Positions 42,018 through 54,747 are shown, counted from the stretch's first letter. The stretch: DNA of 64,000 nt from Octopus bimaculoides (GCF_001194135.2 NC_069001.1:22437613-22501612); one strand, 5' to 3'. A program made the numbers and translations. The notes: generated by a model from the letters alone, not told the origin.

Positions 42018-43687
42018 ATTAACCAGTCAGTACAGTATGTGAGTCGTTAGTCTGCGGAAGTTAAAGCAAGTCACTGAGCATGCATACATGTCATACGGGA
42101 GAGTTTCAATCAGGGGTGGATAACAAGCTTATAGGAACCCCCTATAACAGAAACGTATATTGCAACAGTTACAAAAAAATAAAAAGAAGTGTAAAACCGA
42201 TAACTATATAATCCAACCAAAATATCATATGTTCTCGATTCTGTTAATGTCTATCTCTCTTATTTTGAAAATACACTTCTCTTTGGTCCTGACTCATTTG
42301 TTCTATCCTTTGCTGATTTCTTTCCCTCCTATGCCGTAGGATACGTTCCCTCTCCGCTTGGTTTATTTCGCTTCTTTTCTGTCTCAACCACGCGCGATTT
42401 TGATTCCTTATTTCCTCAGCTGTTACTCGCACAACCGTTCTCTCCTACGCTGATGCTCTCGTGCTGCATCCCTCATGCGGTTAACCATATTTTGTTAAAA
42501 CAATAAATCTCCAAAATGATTCAAAGTGTTTCAAATGAAAAACATATACGAATGTATTAGACAGTTTTTGTTTAAAAAGTGAAAATATTTCTGAAATACT
42601 CACCTAATATGCAAGGACACAGTATGTAGGGTACGCTAATTAATTATATTGTAGGGAAGTAAAAAGTAAAGGGAAAAAATAAAATTAATATTTTTGATTT
42701 TGTTCGACTCTATGAATTCAATTTTTTTAAAGCTTTTGTCAATTGCTTGATACAAGAAAAACAGAAATTGGAAAAGTCCCGACCAAAACAGAAAAATTCT
42801 AACTTTACAAAAAATATAGAAAGAGAAAGTTGCGCTTATTTCCCTCACGCGACACTTGTTGTTACACACACACGCACACATACTTTTATATATGTGTGTG
42901 TGTGTGTGTGTCTTTTAGTTTTTGTTTACTTATACACATCAACAAATGAGCCAATTGTGTGGTTGTTCAATTTGCTAGAAATAACAGCCAAATCTCTCTC
43001 ATACTATGCTCTTGTTAGTATTAAAGAAAGGGAAGAATAGAATTGATATTTTTGACTTTGTTCGGCTCTATGAATTCAATTTTTTTTTTAATGCTTTCGT
43101 CCATTACTTGATACAAGAAAAAAGAAATTGGAAAAATCCTGACCAAAACAGAGAAATTGTAACTTAACAAAAAATATAGAAAGACAAAGAAAAGGTTACA
43201 TTCGGAAGCCAAAATTTCTTTTAGCTGAGGTGTAATTTTATAGTAAAAACAAATTCAAAGTTTAAATTTCGGAACATAAGACTTAACATGTTATTTGTTA
43301 TATGACCGAATTCAAATGGGTAGAAGACCTAAAACAAATGTGTGTGTCTGTGTGGGTGTCAATATCAGTTCAGTCGTAGAAAAGAATTCAAATACCTATC
43401 AGCCACTCTCTCTCACTCTCTTTCTCTCTCACTTTCCCTCTTCCTTGCTCAACATGCCAAATTTAAGTATCTTAATTTTCTCATTAAGGTCGTCGCCGCT
43501 TCGGTGGCCCAGTAGGCATAGGTGTTGAGAAGTAGTAGTGCAACACATATGTGGTGGCTTCAAATGTCTTCCTGAAATTACAAGAGATCAAGTTAAAAAC
43601 TTTTTATTTAACCAACATTTCTTTCAACAATTTTTCCTCTTAGGAGTGACACACGCATCAGGTACATACAAAAAATAAATTGGCGTA

Positions 43688-43722
<35 letters not shown>

Positions 43723-43798
43723 AGATTATATATAGATTTATTAAAATATTTATATATATATATATACATACATTCATACAGGTATGTGTGTGTGTGTG

Positions 43799-44400
43799 AG
43801 GGGTACTCAAAAGAAACCAGAATTTAACAATATTATTTTATTCACCTAGCTTTATATGCTTACACTTTTACCGCTCTCAAAGTATTCTCAATTTAAAGCA
43901 TTTTCCACTATTCGAAGCAGTGATGGAACTCTTACAAAGTGATGCCTTTCAACGCCTCTGTTTTTTTTTTTTTTTCACCTCCTTCACATCTGGAAATTTT
44001 GCTTTCATTACCAGTGATGACCTTTGAAAAAAGGTCCGGTTCAACTTGCAACTGTTCTTTCAGTTCATGACACACAGTCAGTCGTGACTGCTTTTGATCT
44101 TTCGTTTGCAAGCGGGGCACAAATTGTGCTGCAACTCTTTTCATTCACAATTCCACACTCAAAATTCGTTGGTAGGAGTTCCAGGATACACCACTCGTGT
44201 CAACAAGTTCATCAATTGTTCAGTAACGGTCCTCCAAGATCAATTCATGAATGTTCTCATGATATTTTCATTCATTCGGGAGGTCACTAGTACATTTTAC
44301 GTCGAACGAACACTAGTGCTTTTTACTCAATCAACAAATTACACTAAGCCATCTGTGCATCATACTAAATATATATACAAGACTGCTGTGGCTTTTATCT
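43799..44400 (-). mobile_element. Mariner-like transposon remnant, internally deleted
   Basis: MKRVAAQFVPRLQTKDQKQSRLTVCHELK..PDLFSKVITG(N)ES; C-terminal FHHCFE*W-like end; TIR-like GAGGGTACTCAAAAGAAACCAG at 43799. Confidence 0.75.
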
Positions 44401-44811
44401 GAGAGTAAATTTCAGTCATATTGTGATCAAAACACAATAAATACTGAAGAAAACAGAATTGTCACAATTTTGACTTATAAGAACATTAGGAATATTTTTG
44501 CATACTTTGGCGTTGCAGTGAGACTGAACCTGAAACTATGTGGCTAGAAAGCAAACTTAATCCCACACAGCCACACCTGCACCTACAAGGAGATTTCTCT
44601 GTTTTTGTTCTGGCTGATCAGCAACCGTATTTCAATAAATAATTCTAGGTTGATACAATAAGAATGACTGTATAGTTAAGTAACTTAGTACGCAGCCATT
44701 TGCCCTTGGATTTGACCTTACTGCATAACATCAAGAACAAGCGTTTTCTATCTTAGCCCTGAAATCACCAGTACATCCTGAGTGAAATTTAGATGGCAGA
44801 AACAGTAATCA

Positions 44812-45220
44812 TTATCCTCATTATCATTTAACTCCATTCTCCATACTGGCATGGCTTGGACAGTTTAACTGAAAACTGGTAAGCTTGGGAGCCGCACCAG
44901 GTTTCAATCTGATTTGGCATGGTTTCTACAGCTCGATGTCCTTCCTAATGCCAACCACTCCAAGAGTGTAGTGGGTGCTTTTTACTTGTCACCAGCATGG
45001 ATGCCAGTTATGAAACACCAGCATCAGCCACGACTATGATCTCACTTGGCTTCACTGGTCTTCTCAAGCACAGTATATTACCAAAGGTCTCAGTCACTTG
45101 ACTCTGCTTTCGTGAGTCCCAATGTTCAAAGGGTGCTTTTTATGTGCCACTGCCATGGGTGCCAATTAAGTAACACTAGCATTGACCCATGACTATGATT
45201 TCATTTGGCTTGATAGGCTT
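44812..45220 (-). mobile_element. Interspersed repeat with (GAT)n-type tail and internal ~80-bp duplication (RTE-associated SINE/LINE fragment)
   Basis: GGGTGCTTTTTA..GACTATGAT.TCA.TTGGCTT occurs at ~44972 and ~45131; ATCATTATCCTCATTATCAT at the left end. Confidence 0.45.
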
Positions 45221-46327
45221 TGTAATAAACACTATTTGACATTTTAGTTAGGCACTAAAATCTGATAACACTTTTCTTGGTTTCACAACAGTTGTGTTGC
45301 CCATGATTTAAATAGAGCTCAGCAGATGTTGGATTTGATCACTTCTTTGCACCAATACACCTAGAAATAGTTAGTAGTTAGATATAATTTTCCACAAATG
45401 AATTTTATAGATTTATATATTCATGTATGGAGTTTGAATAATTCAACAGAATATGTTTCGCTTGCTATATATTTCTGAGTTTGTATCAATGTAAGAAACA
45501 ACTTAGTGAGGTTTCTCTATATTTGAACTAAATATATAGCCATAATTTCAGAAATTGTCTTTGACAGTTTTCTTCTTTTTTTTTCTTTTTTTTTTTTGAT
45601 ATTTACAAAATAATTTGGAGAGCCCTTATTGGAGAAATGAAATGAAATGATTCATTATGATAAAAAGTTAGAAAAACTAGAAACAACAAAGGATGCGGCA
45701 AGATTACTATTTGTTCTCCATTGATGATTATACATACATATAAATATGTACACACACTCACGCATTCACAAACACATTCATAAAGATGTATATGCATCTG
45801 TTTTTTTATCATACATACGCATTATTCCTTGAGATAAAAGACATAGTTTAGACAAATATCTTTCGGTAAATAGACACAAGACAACAAAGAGAATTGAAAA
45901 ATTATTTTATTTTGTATATTTATATTAAAGTCAAATACGTAAAGTATTGTTTTGAGCTATTTCTGTTTTCTTTCCTTTTCATTTGTTTGTTATTTGTTAA
46001 CGTTTAACATTATCTATGACATAAAATAATAATTAGATAATAGAAGAAAATAAATAAATAAATGACTGAAACAAATAGACTAAAGAGAAATAAAAGTAAG
46101 GTCGATATAAAATTTGTGTTCATGATCTTTTAAAATAATATATTCTGAGAAACATTCAATAACAAGCATAGCTGCGTAGTTAAGAAATTGGTTTCATGAT
46201 TGTAAGGTTTCTGATTCAATCATACTGCTTGACCCCTTCTGTTAGTGTCTTTTAATATAGGTTCATATTGACCAGAACATCACAAGTGAAAACTAGTAAT
46301 ATATATATATAATTGGCCAATTGGCTG

Positions 46328-46388
46328 GATAACTGAAGAGATGTTGGCGTGGGCTCCCACCCTGGCATCCGAAACTCGGAGTTTTATC
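46328..46388 (+). ncRNA. Type I hammerhead ribozyme fold with extended stem II, inside a ~175-bp (TA)n-flanked element (46313-46487)
   Basis: GATAA(stem I)-CTGAAGA(core)-31-nt stem II-GAAA-CTCgGAG(stem III)-TT(GUU site)-TTATC(stem I'); one-base register slip at the base of stem II. Confidence 0.7.
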
Positions 46389-46482
46389 ATGGCTACTGAA
46401 TAAGTGTCACATATTTTTACAGATAAATTCCTCTATTTGCATAATATCGAGGTTTATTTCTTTCTTTTGTTGTCCTTCCTGT

Positions 46483-46558
<76 letters not shown>

Positions 46559-49537
46559 TATACACAAACATGAAAGGCTTCTTTCAGTTTTAGTCTACCA
46601 AATTCACTCACAAGGTTTTGGTCAGCCTAAGGCTATAGTAGAAGACACTTGCCCAAAGTATCACACAGTGGGACTGAACCAAGAACCATGTGGCTGGGAA
46701 GCAAACTTCTTTCCACACATACATGCCTGTGCCTATGTATATATATATATATAGAGAGAGAGAGAGTGAGAGAGTGTGTGTGAGAGAGTGTGTGTGAGAG
46801 AGTGTGTGTGAGAGAGAGAGAGAGTGAATGATAAATAGATAGTGAAAGAGAAAGACAGATAAATAGATAAGTAGATGTATGTCAATTGCTGCATGAAAAA
46901 ATTACCCTAGTCTTATATGCAAATCTGGGCCTGCCATAGGCTTTAATAGACTAAAAGCTTTTTTTATTTTGACATTTGCTGCTGAAGGAGTGTTTCCAAA
47001 ATTTTTTTTTCTACTGCAGGCATAAGATCCGAAATTTTGGGAGAGGGAGCCAGTCAATTAGATCGACCTCAGCACTCAACTGATACTTAATTCATCGATA
47101 CTAAAAGGATGAAAGGCAAAGTCGACCTCAGCGAAATTTGAACTCAGAACATAAACACAGACGAAATACCACTAAGCATTTTGCCCAACATGCTAACATT
47201 TCTGCCTGCTCACCACCTTATGCACAGGAATTTTCGAAGCACTCCTTTCTACTATAGGCACAATCCCTTATTTTCAGGCCTTGTGCCTAAAGGAAAAGGA
47301 GTGCTTCCAATATTCGTGTGTGTGCATAAGGTGGCGAGCTGGCAGAAACATTAGGACGCTGGGCGAAATGCTTATCAGCATTTCGTCTGCCGTTACATTC
47401 TGAGTTCAAATTCCACCGAGCTCGACTTTGCCTTTCATCCTTTCGGGGTCAATAAATTAAATACCAGTTACGCACTGGGGTCAATGTAATCAACCTAATC
47501 CCTTTGTCTGTCCTTGTTTTCCCCCTCTATGTTTAGTCCCTTGTGGACAATAAAGAAATAAGAAACATTAGCACGCCTGGCGAATTGCTTAATGGTGTTT
47601 CGTCTGTCTTTACGTTTTGAGTTCATATTCTGCCAAGGTCGCCTTTGCCTTTCATCTTTTTGGGGTCGATAATTTAAGTACCAGTTGCATACTAGGATCG
47701 ATCTAATCGACTGGCCCCCTCTCCAAAAATTCGGGCCTTGTGCCTAGAGTAGAAAATAATATTCCTGTGCTTGTTTTATGACATTCAAGAATCACATGTG
47801 CCATATGAAATACTCGATAGAAATCACATATTTTTTTTACCTGATTTCAATTCAATGACTGCAACCAATAAAATGATACATGAATCATTGGCATACAAAA
47901 TCTATTTGTAATATTGGTTTCAAATTTTGGTACATTTTGGCAGCTATTTTGAGGAAGAGGCTAAGTTGATTACACTGACGCCATTGCTCAAATGGCATTT
48001 ATTTCATCGACCCCAAAAGGATAAAAGGCAAAGTCGACTCCGGTGGAATTTGAATTTCATAAAGATGGATGAAATGCTACTAAGCATTTTGCCTGTATTG
48101 CTAATTATTCTGCTTGATCTCTGCCTTCAATGTCCATTTGTAATATTGATAGGTGATCAGTTTGACAGACAAATGGATAGATAGTAACATTACTGGCCTC
48201 GGTGATATATGTTTAGACTACAAGCCAAATTTAAAGATGGCAAAATTACTGGTCATTGACCTAAGTGATAGATAACTAGGCTCCTAGTCAAATAAGCTTA
48301 TGTTGAAGTTATTGATAAAATCAATATACCATTAATCTATTGGTTAGACTGTTAGATCGTGAGGTCACTGTCTCAAATGAGAAATGCTAACGTTACTGGT
48401 CAGTCTACTGTGAAAATTGATAGATGGTTGGTATATTAGTGAAATTGATAATTGGCTACTAATTGAGAGTGGTTACTAATCAAATTGATTAGAGGTTAAT
48501 CTATTGACTAAATTTATTGATGAGCTGACTGGGTCACAGATGGTGACTATACGAGGCAAACTGAGAACTGCTCAGTCTATTTGTCATGTGGTTTAGCAAA
48601 ATGATAGGGAGTGAGATTCCTGGTCAACCTGACATATGGTCAAGTTATATTTTATCCCATATCTTTTAACTTTTACTTGTTTCAGCCATTTGGTCATGGC
48701 CATGCTGGGGAACCATCTTGAAGAGTTTTAGCTGAATGAACCAACTCCAAAAAACATTTTTTTTAGCCTGGTGCTTATGCTACTGGTTTATTTTGCCAAA
48801 CCACTAAGTTACAGGGATGTAAAGAAATTAGTGTGGTGATGGTGGTGGTGGTGGACGAATGCACACACATGCACATGCACACACACACACACACACGTGA
48901 GACAAGCTTCTTTCCGTTTCTCTCTACCAAATCCACACATAATCCTTTGATTGGCTAAGGTTAGAAAAGACGTCACTTGCCCAAGTTTCTACATAGTGAG
49001 ACTGAACCTAGAACCATGTTGTTGAGAGGTAAAATTATCACAGAGTTGTGCCTGAACTTATAATGGTGAAGTTACTGGACAGATTGAAAAGCTATCAGCT
49101 TGTGGTCCACCAAGGCTCAATTAAAAAAAACATCATTTCTTAAATCTTTTGCAAATATGCTTGCTTCTCATTGGTGCACTAAGTTTAACTAAACAATGAG
49201 TGTGTTTCAGCACATTCAATAATTACAGTATATCTGAACTCAGATCTCTTGAATCGCAAGAATGACACTTAACAATATTCCTCTCCAGAGGAAACAATGT
49301 TTTATTAATTACGCAGCCAGAAAAGAAAACATTCAATAAATTATCAGTACTATATTACAGGTTTATAGAAGAGATGTTTTTCCACTTATGCAGACAAAGA
49401 ACACAGATGTTGTTTCTACGTTTGTGTCAAGTTGTGAGTTTATTCATGGGAATATATATTTCTTCACTGTTGCAGCCAAAAGAACAAAGCTGCCAATCAC
49501 ATATTTGTGCCATGTTTTGTGATCTAGTTGTACTCTT

Positions 49538-50900
49538 CTATACAAGGTATTGAGGTTAAATTGGACAGTTTGCATAAAAGGAGAATAAAGCACATTATCC
49601 CATCCAAAAATTAAAAAAAAAGTATTTTAAAAAATAAATGATGGCTGAGAGGATAATAGTTTATTCAAAGTAGCTGCCCTCAGCTTCCACCATGGCCTGA
49701 AGACAGCTCTGGAACATGGTACATGCATTCTTCACTGTGTTTGTGTGAAGATCTTTGAATACCTCCTTGATGTTTGTTTTTCTCAGCTGTGCTTCTCATA
49801 CAGTAATCCATAGAATTCTTAAAGTTACCTTCTCAAATTATACCAACTCATAACGGCTGGTTTCCCAGTTCCGTGGCGTTTATATTCCCCACCTGAATAG
49901 GATGCTAGTCCGTTGCAGGATTACTAATCTTTACCACCTGTGTGGACTGGAGCAATATGAAATGAAGTATCTTGCTGAAGAACATAATGCCTCGTCTGGT
50001 CTAAGAATCAAAATCACAACCCTACGCTCATGAGTACAACATTCAAACCAGTAAGCCACATGCCTACACTCTCTACAGAATTACAATTGAGGGAATTGGG
50101 AGTAAGGGCTGGTGAAGCTGAAGAAATTCTCTGAAAACCACTTTCTGACTCATTCTGGAGGTATGGCAAGCAACCAAATCCTGCTGCCACACATATATGA
50201 CCTAGCTGGAACCCTCTCTAACCAGGGTTTAACCAATCTCCAAGCATTTGAATTGAGCCTTAGGCCCTGTTCTGTATTTGTTAGATGAATTCTAGTATGT
50301 AGACAAAGTCAGAATGCCTGCCGCATCAGTGCCATCTGGCCACAGCTGCCTTACAGCTTTTACAGTGTTCACAGAGCATTGAGTAGCAGTCATGCTGTTA
50401 GCATTTTGATGCCCAGCACAAATCATCATGATACAGGTAACTTTATTTCCAATGTTCAGATAGCTTAAGGCAGCAAGCTGGCAGAATTATCAGTACAACA
50501 GGCAAAATACTTGGCAGCATTTCAACTGTCTTCATGTTCTGAGTTCACATTCTGCTAAGATTGACATTGCCTTTCATCCTTTCAGGGTCAATAAGATAAG
50601 AACCAGTTGAGCACTGGAATCGATGTAGTCGACTTATCCACTCCCATAAACAAGCTGGCCTTGTGCCAAAACTTACAATCAAAATTCAGATAGTTTCCAG
50701 CGCTCTGTGTCAGCTTTCTCACAGCTACAACTTGAATCTTTATGCTCTCCAACGCCACTGACTGTTCATCAATACTTCAAACCGTTTCTGAAAAAAGGAG
50801 ACATAAAAGTTGTCAAATTTAATCCACACACTCTGTATGTCTTCTATGTTGATTAGCATCTGCTAGTTGTGATAATGAACTTTCCATAGTTTTTAATGTC
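49538..50900 (-). mobile_element. maT/DD37D-like transposon remnant interrupted by two SINEs (~49830-50075, ~50465-50690)
   Basis: VKPWLERV..VWQQDLVACHTSRMSQKWFSENF..; C-terminus NACTMFQSCLQAMVEAEGSYFE*. Right boundary approximate. Confidence 0.7.
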
Positions 50901-51439
50901 TTTACGCCACTAATTTTCATTTGAATTCAGTCTGTATCATCATTTAAATACAATGTTTATGCTACGCACATCTCTGACATTTATGAATTTCTCATATTTA
51001 CTGCATACGTCTTTCTTGCAAACATCATCTACAAACTGTATTCTACAGAAATTTCTGACAGAGAGAAACAATGTGTAAAGAAGAATAATAGTTTGCTAAC
51101 TGTAAGACCAAAAGGTCATTCTTTAATGTTTAAAAATATCTACCACATCCACTTCCTCCAATCCCTATTTGGTTGGAAAACATAATTTCTGAAACTGTTG
51201 CTTGATATCTAATTTCCCTGTCCCCTCCTTTATTTTATTGGCATATTCTGTTATCTAAATCTCCATCAACAATGTTCATGACTTGTTTGAGAGATGATAC
51301 ATAAGTAAGATTATAGGTCAAACTTGTCCATTTCTACTTCATTTATAACTAATTCTCTTTATTCCAAGAACTTTTCTATAGCTCCACTCAACCAGAGTGT
51401 GCATATACCACAACTAACTCTTTCACAGCAACAGCCTCT

Positions 51440-51665
51440 ACAGGATAGTGAAGGAGCCCATATGTGTCTCATTTAGCATGCTAGAAATATCAGTCTAATC
51501 TCATTCAAATAGCAAGCTACCATCTTAAAAAATATGGATCATTTGATAATGTGTCAGACAGTCTTAGATGCGATATACATGATATGATGTGATGACCTCA
51601 GCTAGTATCCCTATGACCATAGATTTTCTCAGTTAAGGCTGACTTTGGGTTAAATGACAGTTACC
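51440..51665 (+). mobile_element. Further dispersed repeat family (GCTAGAAAT..CAGCCAAATCTC core); copies ~1090-1270(-), 12915-13090(+), 37855-38030(-), 42955-43010(+)
   Basis: Shared core and CAACAAC-type tail recognised by eye in five places. Confidence 0.45.
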
Positions 51666-52849
51666 AAAAGATATTGATTCATAGTTTGTTGTTTCAATTT
51701 CTTTGTTATTTATGCTTTCTGTAGGCACAGACATGATTGTGTGGTTACGAAACTCACATTGCAACCGCAGATTTATGGATTCAGTCCCATTGCACAGTAC
51801 CTTGAGCAAGTGACTTCTTCTCTAGTCCTGGCCGACCAAAGGCTTGTGATTGCATTTCATTCAGACAGAAACTGTGTGGCAGCTTGTCACATACATGTGT
51901 GTGTGTGCGTGTGTGTGTGTGTGTGTGAGTGTTTATCCCTCCTGGCTGCCACTGTTTGACAGCAGCCAGTGTTGGTTTGTTTATGCCTCTGTAACTTTGT
52001 GGCTTGTCAAAAGGAACTGATAAAATAAATATATGAATACCAGACTTCAAAACAAAAGTAGGTCTTTGATTTGATTTATCTAACTAAACCTTTCAAGACG
52101 ATGCTCCAGCATGGTCTCTGTCCAATGACTGAAAGAAGTGAAAGATAAATGATAAAAGATCTGCCGAGCCATCATCATCTAAAAAATTATTTATTTATTT
52201 ATTTATTTTAATGCAGCAAGCCATTATGATTTTTAAAAAAAGGTTTCATTGATTGCTGCACTAATATATGACACTATGAAGATGAACAAGGTGAAAGGTC
52301 ATATCACTTAGATTTTTGTGAGCCTGATTAATTCTTTTGAGTTAAACTTTCATGTCTAATGAAATCATTATAGTAATGTCATGTTTAATGATGAGAATTC
52401 TCCATCACTTTGATATTTGTATCTACTGAACAGCCAACAATATTGGCTGAATGATACTTTCAGGGCAATAAATGTGTATAAATGGAGCTCCTTACATTAG
52501 ATATAAGAAGGAGAAGAATTTTTTTTCCCTTCCAAAGTTCTATCTGAAATAAAATTTTTCGTCTTTTTGTAATTTTATTTTTCACATGAATATTTTGAAA
52601 AGTTTCAAATTTTATAACATTTTCAACATCCAAAATTAGGAAAAATAAATAAATAAATAAAATAAAACAGTAAAACCACTTTACTCTGATAAATTACAAG
52701 TAAATGAGTTTTCAGGACTTTTTCCAAAAATATTTTAAAGAAGTTAAATATTGACAGAGAAAAAAAAGAATTCCATGGAATTATTACTTTTGGTTTACTT
52801 TTAAGAACTTTCTAACCTCAGCACATGCTCACACACACATGCACACACA

Positions 52850-52887
<38 letters not shown>

Positions 52888-53109
52888 AATTCAGTACTTT
52901 ATGAAGTGCAGATGAAAGCAAAAAGAACTACTTTGGTCAATATGTATTATATCTATTAACCCTTTAGCATTTAGACTGGCCATAGGCCATATACAGTCAA
53001 AGTATTCTACCAGTTTTGCATTCAAACTGGCCAGATCTGTCCTCTTACACCTGCACTACAATGTCATTCTCAAAATAACCAATTACATCATTAGAATCTT
53101 AAAGCTATA

Positions 53110-53350
53110 AGACAGTGCTACTGTAGTTTATAGACCCAGGAAGACATCTCCTCTAGCTGGCTAATGACACAATGTGCCCAATCAATATTTATGCGGGTAA
53201 ATCATTGTTCCTGGGTCCGTGTGTATCACGTAAGGCTAGAGATGAGAACGATGATTTCCCTTCACAGATACTTATCGGGCACAGACAACGTGTCATTAGC
53301 CAGCTGGAGGAGATTTCTTCCTGGGGCTATAAACTACAATAGCATCGTCT
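53110..53350. mobile_element. Palindromic MITE with ~100-bp inverted arms
   Basis: GCTACTGTAGTTTATAGACCCAGGAAGACATCTCCTCTAGCTGGCTAATGACAC vs reverse complement of GTGTCATTAGCCAGCTGGAGGAGATTTCTTCCTGGGGCTATAAACTACAATAGC. Confidence 0.8.
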
Positions 53351-53435
53351 CATATGGAACACCCACATTTAAGTAGCAAACATACTTCACGATGTCATAC
53401 TGCTACTGTTTATATATATATATATATATATATAT

Positions 53436-53837
53436 CTTTTACTCTTTTACTTGTTTCAGTCATTTGACTGTGGCCATGCTGGAGCACCGCCTTTAGTCGA
53501 GCAAATCGACCCCAGGACTTATTCTTTAGAAGCTTAGTACTTATTCTATCAGTCTCTTTTGCCGAACCGCTAAGTTACGGGGACATAAACACACCAGCAT
53601 CGGTTGTCAAGCGATGTTGGGGGGACAAACACAGACATACAAACACATACACACATACATATATATATACATATATACGACGGGCTTCTTTCAGTTTCCG
53701 TCTACCAAATCCACTCACAAGGCTTTGGTCAGCCCGAGCCTATAGTAGAAGACACTTGCCCAAGATGCCACGCAGTGGGACTGAACCTGGGACCATGTGG
53801 TTGGTAAGCAAGCTACTTACCACACGGCCACTCCTAT

Positions 53838-53903
<66 letters not shown>

Positions 53904-54122
53904 GTATGTGTATATATATTCTTTTATTCTTTTCTTTCATTCTTTTATCTGTTTCAGTGATTTCAGTGCGGCCATGCTGGAGCACTGCCTTTAGTCGAAC
54001 AAAGCGACACCAGGACTTATTCCTTGTAAGCCTAGTACTTATTCTATCAGTGTCTTAAGCCGAACTTCTAAGTTACGGGGATTAAACACATCAACATCGG
54101 TTGTCAAGTGATGGTGGGGGAG

Positions 54123-54162
<40 letters not shown>

Positions 54163-54520
54163 GATGGGCTTCTTTCAGTTTCTGCCTACCAAATCCACTG
54201 ACAAAGCTTTGGTCGATCTAAGGCTATAGTAGAAGAAACTTGGCCAAGGTGCCACCCAGTGGGACTGAACCCGGAACCATGTGGTTGTTAAACCGTGTCT
54301 GTGCCTATATACATGTTCCTTTATTCTTTTCTTTTATACTTTACCCTGTTTCAGTCATTTGACTTACTTATTTCATTTGACTTATATTTTTGGTCTCGTT
54401 TGCCAAACCGCTATGTCACAGGGTTGTTAACAGGCAAACGTTGGCTGTCAGGTGACACGGCTGGTGGCGAGGAGACAAACAGAGACACAAAGACACTCAC
54501 ACATATATACATACATGCAT

Positions 54521-54557
<37 letters not shown>

Positions 54558-54558
54558 T

Positions 54559-54606
<48 letters not shown>

Positions 54607-54745
54607 GATGAGCTTCTTTCAGTTTCTGTCTACCAAATCCACTCACAAGGCTTTGCCGAAGGTGCTATGCAGGGGGACTGAACCTGGAACCAAGTGGTTG
54701 GGATGCAAGCTTCTTACCACAAACCCGTGCTTCTTCCTATACGCG
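53436..54745 (-). mobile_element. Three head-to-tail tRNA-derived SINEs (octopus OK-like family)
   Basis: Three consecutive copies of the family seen full length at 62589-63000. Confidence 0.85.
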
Positions 54746-54747
54746 CG

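Noticed and set aside
42610-42640. Helitron-like 3' end GGGTACGCTAAT
   Set aside because: No convincing hairpin, and orientation is opposite to the adjacent charged ORF.
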